Below, in pieces: positions 15,901-28,525 of a DNA stretch of 64,000 bases. Origin of the DNA: Eledone cirrhosa (Eukaryota). Made by a program: the position numbers and the translations under genes. The stretch is taken from the NCBI GenBank assembly GCA_964016885.1, contig OZ024747.1, forward strand, positions 91,326,001-91,390,000, read 5' to 3'. Below the pieces are notes generated by a model. That model searched no databases, was not told the DNA's origin, and saw nothing but the letters and a program-made list of their open reading frames with translations. Numbering within the stretch: the first letter of the stretch is position 1; every line of letters begins with the position of its first letter.

Positions 15901-18900
15901 CTACAACTGCTAATGCTACTATAACTGCTAATGCTGCTACAACTGCTAATGCTACTACAACTGCTAATGCTACTATAACTGCTAATGCTGCTACAACTGC
16001 TAATGCTACTACAACTGCTAATGCTACTACAACTGCTAATGCTACTACAACTGCTAATGCTACTACAGCTGCTAATGCTACTACAACTACTAATGCTACT
16101 ACAACTGCTAATGCTACTATAACTGCTAATGCTGCTACAATTGCTAATGCTACTACAACTGCTAATGCTACTACAACTGCTAATGCTACTACAGCTGCTA
16201 ATGCTACTACAACTGCTAATGCTACTACAACTGCTAATGCTACTACAACTACTAATGCTACTACAACTGCTAATGCTACTATAACTGCTAATGCTGCTAC
16301 AACTGCTAATGCTACTACAACTGCTAATGCTACTACAACTGCTAATGCTACTACAGCTGCTAATGCTACTACAACTGCTAATGCTACTACAACTGCTAAT
16401 GCTACTACAGCTGCTAATGCTACTACAACTGCTAATGCTACTACAGCTACTAATGCTACTACAACTGCTAACGCTGCTACAACTGCTAATGCTACTGCAA
16501 CTGCTAATGCTACTATAACTGCTAATGCTGCTACAACTGCTAATGCTACTACAACTGCTAATGCTACTACAACTGCTAATGCTGCTACAACTGCTAATGC
16601 TACTACAACTGCTAATGCTACTATAACTGCTAATGCTACTACAACTGCTAATGCTACTACAACTGCTAATGCTACTATAACTGCTAATGCTGCTGCAACT
16701 GCTAATGCTACTACAACTGCTAATGCTACTACAACTGCTAATGCTGCTACAGCTGCTAATGCTGCTACAGCTGCTAATGCTACTACAGATGCTAATGCTA
16801 CTACAACTACTAATGCTACTACAACTGCTAATGCTACTATAACTGCTAATGCTGCTGCAACTGCTAATGCTGCTACAACTGCTAATGCTACTACAACTGC
16901 TAATGCTACTACAACTGCTAATGCTGCTACAGCTGCTAATGCTACTACAACTGCTAATGTTACTACAACTGCTAATGCTACTATAACTGCTAATGCTGCT
17001 GCAACTGCTAATGCTACTACAACTGCTAATGCTACTACAACTGCTAATGCTACTATAACTGCTAACGCTGCTACAACTGCTAATGCTACTGCAACTGCTA
17101 ATGCTACTATAACTGCTAATGCTGCTACAACTGCTAATGCTACTACAACTGCTAATGCTACTACAACTGCTAATGCTGCTACAACTGCTAATGCTACTAC
17201 AACTGCTAATGCTACTATAACTGCTAATGCTACTACAACTGCTAATGCTACTACAACTGCTAATGCTACTATAACTGCTAATGCTGCTGCAACTGCTAAT
17301 GCTACTACAACTGCTAATGCTACTACAACTGCTAATGCTGCTACAGCTGCTAATGCTGCTACAGCTGCTAATGCTACTACAGATGCTAATGCTACTACAA
17401 CTACTAATGCTACTACAACTGCTAATGCTACTATAACTGCTAATGCTGCTGCAACTGCTAATGCTGCTACAACTGCTAATGCTACTACAACTGCTAATGC
17501 TACTACAACTGCTAATGCTGCTACAGCTGCTAATGCTACTACAACTGCTAATGTTACTACAACTGCTAATGCTACTATAACTGCTAATGCTGCTGCAACT
17601 GCTAATGCTACTACAGCTGCTAATGCTACTACAGCTGCTAATGCTACTACAACTGCTAATGCTACTACAACTACTAATGCTACTACAGCTGCTAATGCTA
17701 CTACAACTGCTAATGCTACTACAACTGCTAATGCTACTACAACTACTAATGCTACTACAACTGCTAATGCTACTAAAACTACTAATGCTACTACAACTGC
17801 TCATGCTACTACAACTACTAATGCTACTAAAACTACTAATGCTACTACAGCTGCTCATTCTACTACAACTGCTAATGCTACTACAACTGCTAATGCTACT
17901 ACAACTGCTAATGCTACTACAACTGCTAATCCTACTACAACTACTAATGCTACTACAACTGCTAATGCTACTATAACTGCTAATGCTGCTACAACTGCTA
18001 ATGCTACTACAACTGCTAATGCTACTACAACTGCTAATGCTACTACAGCTGCTAATGCTACTACAACTGCTAATGCTACTACAACTGCTAATGCTACTAC
18101 AGCTGCTAATGCTACTACAACTGCTAATGCTACTACAGCTACTAATGCTACTACAACTGCTAACGCTGCTACAACTGCTAATGCTACTGCAACTGCTAAT
18201 GCTACTATAACTGCTAATGCTGCTACAACTGCTAATGCTACTACAACTGCTAATGCTACTACAACTGCTAATGCTGCTACAACTGCTAATGCTACTACAA
18301 CTGCTAATGCTACTATAACTGCTAATGCTACTACAACTGCTAATGCTACTACAACTGCTAATGCTACTATAACTGCTAATGCTGCTGCAACTGCTAATGC
18401 TACTACAACTGCTAATGCTACTACAACTGCTAATGCTGCTACAGCTGCTAATGCTGCTACAGCTGCTAATGCTACTACAGATGCTAATGATACTACAACT
18501 ACTAATGCTACTACAACTGCTAATGCTACTATAACTGCTAATGCTGCTGCAACTGCTAATGCTGCTACAACTGCTAATGCTACTACAACTGCTAATGCTA
18601 CTACAACTGCTAATGCTGCTACAGCTGCTAATGCTACTACAACTGCTAATGCTACTACAACTGCTAATGCTACTATAACTGCTAATGCTGCTGCAACTGC
18701 TAATGCTACTACAACTGCTAATGCTACTATAACTGCTAATGCTGCTACAACTGCTAATGCTACTACAACTGCTAATGCTACTATAACTGCTAATGCTGCT
18801 ACAACTGCTAATGCTACTACAACTGCTAATGCTACTACAACTGCTAATGCTACTACAGCTGCTAATGCTACTACAACTGCTAATGCTACTACAACTGCTA

Positions 18901-21900
18901 ATGCTACTACAACTGCTAATGCTACTACAGTTGCTAATGCTACTACAACTGCTAATGCTACTACAACTGCTAATGCTACTACAGCTGCTAATGCTACTAC
19001 AACTACTAATGCTACTACAACTGCTAATGCTACTATAACTGCTAATGCTGCTACAATTGCTAATGCTACTACAACTGCTAATGCTACTACAACTGCTAAT
19101 GCTACTACAGCTGCTAATGCTACTACAACTGCTAATGCTACTACAACTGCTAATGCTACTACAACTACTAATGCTACTACAACTGCTAATGCTACTATAA
19201 CTGCTAATGCTGCTACAACTGCTAATGCTACTACAACTGCTAATGCTACTACAACTGCTAATGCTACTACAGCTGCTAATGCTACTACAACTGCTAATGC
19301 TACTACAACTGCTAATGCTACTACAGCTGCTAATGCTACTACAACTGCTAATGCTACTACAGCTACTAATGCTACTACAACTGCTAACGCTGCTACAACT
19401 GCTAATGCTACTGCAACTGCTAATGCTACTATAACTGCTAATGCTGCTACAACTGCTAATGCTACTACAACTGCTAATGCTACTACAACTGCTAATGCTG
19501 CTACAACTGCTAATGCTACTACAACTGCTAATGCTACTATAACTGCTAATGCTACTACAACTGCTAATGCTACTACAACTGCTAATGCTACTATAACTGC
19601 TAATGCTGCTGCAACTGCTAATGCTACTACAAATGCTAATGCTACTACAACTGCTAATGCTGCTACAGCTGCTAATGCTGCTACAGCTGCTAATGCTACT
19701 ACAGATGCTAATGCTACTACAACTACTAATGCTACTACAACTGCTAATGCTACTATAACTGCTAATGCTGCTGCAACTGCTAATGCTGCTACAACTGCTA
19801 ATGCTACTACAACTGCTAATGCTACTACAACTGCTAATGCTGCTACAGCTGCTAATGCTACTACAACTGCTAATGTTACTACAACTGCTAATGCTACTAT
19901 AACTGCTAATGCTGCTGCAACTGCTAATGCTACTACAACTGCTAATGCTACTATAACTGCTAATGCTGCTACAACTGCTAATGCTACTACGACTGCTAAT
20001 GCTACTACAACTGCTAATGCTACTACAACTGCTAATGCTACTACAACTGCTAATGCTACTACAACTGCTAATGCTACTACAACTACTAATGCTACTACAG
20101 CTGCTAATGCTACTACAACTGCTAATGCTACTACAACTGCTAATGCTACTAAAACTACTAATGCTACTACAACTGCTAATGCTACTACAACTGCTAATGC
20201 TACTAAAACTACTAATGCTACTACAACTGCTAATGCTACTACAGCTGCTAATGCTACTACAGCTGCTAATGCTACTACAACTGCTAATGCTACTACAACT
20301 ACTAATGCTACTACAGCTGCTAATGCTACTACAACTGCTAATGCTACTACAACTGCTAATGCTACTACAACTACTAATGCTACTACAACTGCTAATGCTA
20401 CTAAAACTACTAATGCTACTACAACTGCTCATGCTACTACAACTACTAATGCTACTAAAACTACTAATGCTACTACAGCTGCTCATTCTACTACAACTGC
20501 TAATGCTACTACAACTGCTAATGCTACTACAACTGCTAATGCTACTACAACTGCTAATGCTACTACAACTACTAATGCTACTACAACTGCTAATGCTACT
20601 ATAACTGCTAATGCTGCTACAACTGCTAATGCTACTACAACTGCTAATGCTACTACAACTGCTAATGCTACTACAGCTGCTAATGCTACTACAACTGCTA
20701 ATGCTACTACAACTGCTAATGCTACTACAGCTGCTAATGCTACTACAACTGCTAATGCTACTACAGCTACTAATGCTACTACAACTGCTAACGCTGCTAC
20801 AACTGCTAATGCTACTGCAACTGCTAATGCTACTATAACTGCTAATGCTGCTACAACTGCTAATGCTACTACAACTGCTAATGCTACTACAACTGCTAAT
20901 GCTGCTACAACTGCTAATGCTACTACAACTGCTAATGCTACTATAACTGCTAATGCTACTACAACTGCTAATGCTACTACAACTGCTAATGCTACTATAA
21001 CTGCTAATGCTGCTGCAACTGCTAATGCTACTACAACTGCTAATGCTACTACAACTGCTAATGCTGCTACAGCTGCTAATGCTGCTACAGCTGCTAATGC
21101 TACTACAGATGCTAATGATACTACAACTACTAATGCTACTACAACTGCTAATGCTACTATAACTGCTAATGCTGCTGCAACTGCTAATGCTGCTACAACT
21201 GCTAATGCTACTACAACTGCTAATGCTACTACAACTGCTAATGCTGCTACAGCTGCTAATGCTACTACAACTGCTAATGCTACTACAACTGCTAATGCTA
21301 CTATAACTGCTAATGCTGCTGCAACTGCTAATGCTACTACAACTGCTAATGCTACTATAACTGCTAATGCTGCTACAACTGCTAATGCTACTACAACTGC
21401 TAATGCTACTATAACTGCTAATGCTGCTACAACTGCTAATGCTACTACAACTGCTAATGCTACTACAACTGCTAATGCTACTACAACTGCTAATGCTACT
21501 ACAGCTGCTAATGCTACTACAACTACTAATGCTACTACAACTGCTAATGCTACTATAACTGCTAATGCTGCTACAATTGCTAATGCTACTACAACTGCTA
21601 ATGCTACTACAACTGCTAATGCTACTACAGCTGCTAATGCTACTACAACTGCTAATGCTACTACAACTGCTAATGCTACTACAACTACTAATGCTACTAC
21701 AACTGCTAATGCTACTATAACTGCTAATGCTGCTACAACTGCTAATGCTACTACAACTGCTAATGCTACTACAACTGCTAATGCTACTACAGCTGCTAAT
21801 GCTACTACAACTGCTAATGCTACTACAACTGCTAATGCTACTACAGCTGCTAATGCTACTACAACTGCTAATGCTACTACAGCTACTAATGCTACTACAA

Positions 21901-24900
21901 CTGCTAACGCTGCTACAACTGCTAATGCTACTGCAACTGCTAATGCTACTATAACTGCTAATGCTGCTACAACTGCTAATGCTACTACAACTGCTAATGC
22001 TACTACAACTGCTAATGCTGCTACAACTGCTAATGCTACTACAACTGCTAATGCTACTATAACTGCTAATGCTACTACAACTGCTAATGCTACTACAACT
22101 GCTAATGCTACTATAACTGCTAATGCTGCTGCAACTGCTAATGCTACTACAACTGCTAATGCTACTACAACTGCTAATGCTGCTACAGCTGCTAATGCTG
22201 CTACAGCTGCTAATGCTACTACAGATGCTAATGCTACTACAACTACTAATGCTACTACAACTGCTAATGCTACTATAACTGCTAATGCTGCTGCAACTGC
22301 TAATGCTGCTACAACTGCTAATGCTACTACAACTGCTAATGCTACTACAACTGCTAATGCTGCTACAGCTGCTAATGCTACTACAACTGCTAATGTTACT
22401 ACAACTGCTAATGCTACTATAACTGCTAATGCTGCTGCAACTGCTAATGCTACTACAACTGCTAATGCTACTATAACTGCTAATGCTGCTACAACTGCTA
22501 ATGCTACTACAACTGCTAATGCTACTATAACTGCTAATGCTACTACAACTGCTAATGCTACTACAACTGCTAATGCTACTACAGCTGCTAATGCTACTAC
22601 AACTGCTAATGCTACTACAACTGCTAATGCTACTACAACTGCTAATGCTACTACAGCTGCTAATGCTACTACAACTGCTAATGCTACTACAACTGCTAAT
22701 GCTACTACAGCTGCTAATGCTACTACAACTACTAATGCTACTACAACTGCTAATGCTACTATAACTGCTAATGCTGCTACAACTGCTAATGCTACTACAA
22801 CTGATAATGCTACTACAACTGCTAATGCTACTACAGCTGCTAATGCTACTACAACTGCTAATGCTACTACAACTGCTAATGCTACTACAACTACTAATGC
22901 TACTACAACTGCTAATGCTACTATAACTGCTAATGCTGCTACAACTGCTAATGCTACTACAACTGCTAATGCTACTACAACTGCTAATGCTACTACAGCT
23001 GCTAATGCTACTACAACTGCTAATGCTACTACAAATGCTAATGCTACTACAGCTGCTAATGCTACTACAACTACTAATGCTACTACAACTGCTAATGCTA
23101 CTACAACTGCTAATGCTACTACAACTGCTAATGCTACTACAACTGCTAATGCTGCTACAACTGCTAATGCTACTACAGCTGCTAATGCTACTACAACTGC
23201 TAATGCTGCTACAACTGCTAATGCTACTACAGCTGCTAATGCTACTACAACTGCTAATGCTACTACAGCTGCTAATGCTACTACAACTGCTAATGCTACT
23301 ACAGCTGCTAATGCTACTACAGCTGCTAATGCTACTACAACTACTAATGCTACTACAACTGCTAATGCTACTACAACTGCTAATGCTACTACAACTGCTA
23401 ATGCTACTACAACTGCTAATGCTGCTACAACTGCTAATGCTACTACAGCTGCTAATGCTACTACAACTGCTAATGCTGCTACAACTGCTAATGCTACTAC
23501 AGCTGCTAATGCTACTACAACTGCTAATGCTACTACAACTGCTAATGCTACTACAGCTGCTCATGCTACTACAACTACTAATGCTAGTACAACTGCTAAT
23601 GCTACTACAACTGCTAATGCTACTACAGCTGCTAATGCTACTACAACTGCTAATGCTACTACAGCTGCTAATGCTACTACAGCTGCTAATGCTACTACAA
23701 CTACTAATGCTACTACAGCTGCTAATGCTACTACAGCTGCTAATGCTACTACAACTACTAATGCTACTACAACTACTAATGCTACTACAGCTGCTAATGC
23801 TACTACAACTGCTAATGCAACTACAGCTGCTAATGCTACTACAACTACTAATGCTACTACAACTACTAATGCTACTACAGCTGCTAATGCTACTACAACT
23901 GATAATGCTACTACAACTGCTAATGCTACTAAATCTACTAATGCTACTACAACTGCTAATGCTACTACAGCTGCTAATGCTACTACAGCTGCTAATGCTA
24001 CTACAACTACTAATGCTACTACAGCTGCTAATGCTACTACAGCTGCTAATGCTACTACAACTGCTAATGCTACTACAACTACTAATGCTACTACAGCTGC
24101 TAATGCTACTACAACTGCTAATGCTACTACAACTGCTAATGCTACTAAAACTACTAATGCTACTACAACTGCTAATGCTACTACAGCTGCTAATGCTACT
24201 ACAGCTGCTAATGCTACTACAACTGCTAATGCTACTACAACTACTAATGCTACTACAGCTGCTAATGCTACTACAACTGCTAATGCTACTACAACTGCTA
24301 ATGCTACTACAACTACTAATGCTACTACAACTGCTAATGCTACTAAAACTACTAATGCTACTACAACTGCTCATGCTACTACAACTACTAATGCTACTAA
24401 AACTACTAATGCTACTACAGCTGCTCATTCTACTACAACTGCTAATGCTACTACAACTGCTAATGCTACTACAACTGCTAATGCTACTACAACTGCTAAT
24501 GCTACTACAACTACTAATGCTACTACAACTGCTAATGCTACTATAACTGCTAATGCTGCTACAACTGCTAATGCTACTACAACTGCTAATGCTACTACAA
24601 CTGCTAATGCTACTACAGCTGCTAATGCTACTACAACTGCTAATGCTACTACAACTGCTAATGCTACTACAGCTGCTAATGCTACTACAACTACTAATGC
24701 TACTACAACTGCTAATGCTACTACAACTGCTAATGCTACTACAACTGCTAATGCTACTACAACTGCTAACGCTGCTATAACTGCTAATGCTACTACAACT
24801 GCTAATGCTACTACAGCTGCTAATGCTACTACAACTGCTAATGCTACTACAGCTGCTAATGCTGCTACAGCTGCTAATGCTACTACAACTGCTAATGCTA

Positions 24901-25388
24901 CTACAGCTGCTAATGCTACTATAACTGCTAATGCTGCTACAACTGCTCATGCTATTACAGCTGCTCATGCTACTACAACTGCTCATGCTACTACAACTGC
25001 TAATGCTACTACAACTGCTAATGCTACTACAACTGCTAATGCTACTACAACTACTAATGCTACTACAACTGCTAATGCTACTACAGCTGCTAATGCTACT
25101 ACAACTACTAATGCTACTACAACTACTAATGCTACTACAGCTGCTAATGCTACTACAACTGCTAATGCTACTACAACTGCTAATGCTACTACAGCTGCTA
25201 ATGCTACTACAACTGCTAATGCTACTACAACTGCTAATGCTGCTATAACTGCTAATGCTACTACAACTGCTAATGCTACTACAGCTGCTAATGCTACTAC
25301 AGCTGCTAATGCTACTACAACTACTAATGCTGCTACTGCTGTTGCGGCTGCTACCACCACCACTACCATCACTCCTACTACCACTTAG
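3959..25388 (+). CDS. Candidate giant Thr/Ala/Asn hexapeptide-repeat glycoprotein exon, (ANATTT)n, ~7,140 aa; not in the ORF track
   Basis: Frame 3 reads CGT TGC TGT TCT GTT GAG ATC ACT ACT ACA ACT GCT AAT (RCCSVEITTTTAN) from 3960. I saw no stop among the unit variants. It ends in the non-repetitive TNAATAVAAATTTTTITPTTT with mixed Thr codons, then TAG 25386-25388. It is preceded by acceptor TTTTGCAG (3951-3958) and an out-of-frame signal-peptide-like ORF. No expression evidence is available. Confidence 0.6.
3981..25337. repeat. 18-bp tandem array (consensus GCTAATGCTACTACAACT), 1,186 units, with higher-order duplications
   Basis: First Asn codon at 3996 and last at 25326 differ by 21330 = 1185 x 18. 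Interior markers (e.g. 9000, 12420, 24768) stay in register. Confidence 0.99.
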
Positions 25389-25461
25389 ACATGCCAATCA
25401 ATTTTTTGTTTAATCTACCTCTCAAGTATGTTGAGACACTGAACCGAAACCTACATTGAAA

Positions 25462-25690
25462 TTTCTTCCTTTCTTTCTTTCTTTCCTTCCTTCCGTTTTT
25501 CCTTCCTTTCTTTTTCTTCCTTCATTTCATTCCTTCCTTGCTTTCTTCTTTCTTTCTTTCCTTCCTTTCTTTTCTTTCTTTCCTTCCTTTCTTCTTTCCT
25601 TCCTTCCTTTTTTTCCTTTCCTTTCTTTCGTTCTTCTCTTCATATTCTTTACTTTTCCCCTTCATATTCTTTCCTTTTCTTCTACTCTCA
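25462..25690. repeat. Polypyrimidine (CTTT/CCTT)n low-complexity tract
   Basis: Visible TTCC/TTTC runs about 75 bp after the candidate stop. Confidence 0.9.
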
Positions 25691-25744
25691 CTTTAACAGT
25701 ATTACTCGATGACTTTCCTTCTACCTCACCTTTTGTGGAGAGGA

Positions 25745-25905
25745 ATGGATCTCCAGTGGTGTCGACGATAAGTGTTCCGGGTGTTCGAACAACGCAGCAG
25801 CCTACTCGTTAATTTTAGGCACAAGTGGGTGGCTGAGAATTCTACACAAATGTGTACACTTAATGTAATTCTCAGGAAGCTTGAGCCGGTGTCACAAAGC
25901 TTGAG
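25745..25905. mobile_element. Degenerate SINE body fragment
   Basis: Similar to the AACGGAACAGCCTGCTC...TTAACGTAGTTCTCAGG...TGTGACAAG segment at 28975-29100 and, in reverse, 28360-28510. Confidence 0.55.
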
Positions 25906-25965
25906 CCGACCCGAAGTTATATAAATGACTATGTCCCATATTCCACCTAGTAGAATCAAACCCTC

Positions 25966-26586
25966 GATACTATAATTGCTAAGTGAGAATCTTAAACATT
26001 CGGCCAGGCTACATCTACCTAGTCTGTTTACATTGATATAATTGATACTATGATTGCTATGTGAGAATCTTAAACATTCGGCCAGGCTACATCTACCTAG
26101 TCTGTTTACATTGATATAATTGATACTATGATTTCTAAGTGAGAATCTTAAACATTCGGCCAGGCTACATCTACCTAGTCTGTTTACATTGATGCAATTG
26201 ATATTATCATTGCTATGTGAGAATCTTAAACATTCGGCCAGGCTACATCTACCTAGTCTGTTTACATTGATGCAATTGATATTATGATTGCTAAGTGAGA
26301 ATCTTAAACATTCGGCCAGGCTACATCTACCTAATCTGTTTACATTGATGCAATCGATACTATGATTGCTAAGTGAGAATCTTAAACATTCGGCCAGGCT
26401 ACATCTACCTAATCTGTTTACATTGATGCAATCGATACTATGATTGCTAAGTGAGAATCTTAAACATTCGGCCAGGCTATATCTACCTAGTCTGTTTACA
26501 TTGATGCAATTGATACTATGATTGCGATGTGAGAATCTTAGATTCTGCCAGGCTACATCTACCAAGTCTGTTTACATTGATATAAT
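25966..26586. repeat. 78-bp minisatellite, ~8 copies
   Basis: TGAGAATCTTA recurs at 25984, 26062, 26140, 26218, 26296, 26374, 26452 and 26530. The units are near-identical. Confidence 0.97.
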
Positions 26587-27894
26587 CAATAGAGCGACAA
26601 ATAGATATAAAATGATAAAGGGATGAGGAAGTGGGAAATATAGGATCATAGAAAAATAGAGAGAGAGAGAGTGTGAAAGAGAGAATGAAAGCGGTGGGGG
26701 AGATTAATAAATAAATAAAAGAAAATCAAGATATAGATATTGAAATACATAAAGTATCAGATAAAGTGATGAATGTGATAACAGAAGGAAAATGAGACAA
26801 AGAAGATAAGGTCTGCAAGAAATAGGAGGAAAATATGGAGTGGGGGTGAGTGGAGTGGGATCTAGAAAGCCATAAACAGAGAAAGAATGATAAACTAGAA
26901 ACAAAAGGAAAAAGGCAAAGTCATCAAAATATGCATCTATGACACTGAAATTTATGATCAGTAGAAGACCTCTGGCCTGGAGGTTAAGAAGGAGAACATC
27001 AGCTTTCATTCAAGCAAACTGGGAAAATCTATATCTAGTCCAATTACTTTAATCTTCGAGTGGTTTTTACTTAATGTTATCATATTATATCTGTTTGATT
27101 TGGATAGTGGGAACGGAGCAGTCGGTAGAGAGCCAATTCATTGTAATCCAAAGTATAATACTTCAGAATTTAGTGTTGAAATTACTTCATTGATCTAAGA
27201 TCAAATGTCTAGGGCCACAAAGATTATTCAAAATTATTTATTAGATCTAACTATTTTAACCTTTAGTTTTCTATAAGATATAATAAGTATTCAATGGAAA
27301 GATCTTTACTTTATGTTCTAAAGTTGAACAGTGAGAAATCATTGTCAGATTGTTTCATAAGGAGTCGGATCGTATAGTAACGTTGTGTAGTTAGTCCAAA
27401 GTGGTTTTGAGCCTGATCATTGTAGAAACGTGCGTCACGCAATAAACATATGTAAAACTGATCTCTTTATTCTGTTATATATATATATATATATAAATTT
27501 AGCGAGAATCGCATTTCGGCGAGTAGAAATTAGCGAAACGCAACTTCCGAATTGTGTAGGCAAGCGCTCAATGGATATGAAGATACCAGAGCTATAAACA
27601 TAAGTTAAAAAGGCCATACAAAACTGAGACGATGGTTAAGAAGCCATTAACCACCTAAGCCAAAAAAGCGAGCAAGCTAAGCGGGTCAAACAAAATAAGA
27701 TATGATTGAAATATTTACCCGGACCTTCGGGAATGATGGTAAAATCCGATATAGGGTTTTCTGCGACACCTAAATCAATAATACTGTCTGCTTATAAAAA
27801 ATAAGCTTTTGGTATAATGATCGAACAAGGATATCACTTTCTCAACAGGCATTTTGTTCTGCGTGCGCCAGGATCTCATATATATATATTTATA

Positions 27895-27941
<47 letters not shown>

Positions 27942-27961
27942 TATACTTAATTCTCTCTCTC

Positions 27962-28009
<48 letters not shown>

Positions 28010-28207
28010 TATATACACCTATTTATCTACGTATCTATGTACCTATCTATCTACATGCCTACCTACCTGCCTGTCATCAGTTGTTGTAGGTATTGAACAT
28101 ATTACTACCGAATATCCAACTACACTTTATAAATATATAAATATCTTACAATTAAGCCATCTGATAAACCAATCATTTCTTACATTGGTACAAAGCCAAA
28201 TGTTGAT

Positions 28208-28525
28208 GCAGCATGGCTGAATGGTTTTGCAATCATTAGATCGTTGGTTCGATCCCACTATAGGGTATCTTGTGCAGGTGTCATTTTCCTTGCTTTGTGA
28301 GTGAAACTGGATAGGCAGAAACTGTTTGAAAGCCCTTCAGGTGGAATGTGTCTATAATTCAAAGGGGCTAGCTTTGTCATACACTCTGTCATGCTAAATC
28401 TCCCTGAGAATTCCGTTACAGATACACGTGCCTGAGGAATGTTCTGCTACTTACACAGTAATTTCAAGAACAGACTGTTCCATTTATCGAACAACTGGAA
28501 CACTAATTGTCAAAACCAACAGAGG
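28208..28525 (+). mobile_element. tRNA-derived SINE, family B (degenerate)
   Basis: A-box-like TGGCTGAATGG and B-box GGTTCGATCCC, followed by a body shared in reverse with 28960-29260. Confidence 0.65.

Noticed and set aside
3838-25248. Many (LLQLLM)n ORFs on the plus strand
   Set aside because: Alternative frame of the 18-bp array, repeatedly broken by TAA wherever the ATA variant occurs.
3981-25337. Calling the array an antifreeze glycoprotein or a telomeric repeat
   Set aside because: The period is 6 residues with Asn rather than (AAT)n tripeptides, and the habitat is unknown. There is no TTAGGG-type unit. AFGP is used only as an analogy.
24983-25384. Hydrophobic (VVALAV)n ORF
   Set aside because: Another antisense frame of the array, terminated by the CAT variants; not a membrane protein.
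3939-25397. 7,152-aa (SSISSC)n ORF as the primary gene call
   Set aside because: Start is TTG, there is no signal peptide, and the unique flanks read more naturally in the plus Thr-rich frame. Kept only as an alternative in the findings.
25726-26565. 279-aa ORF with 26-aa repeats, and a CRISPR-like appearance of the 78-bp array
   Set aside because: The ORF is a by-product of a unit length divisible by 3 and runs into a SINE. The units have no unique spacers, there are no cas genes, and the context is eukaryotic.
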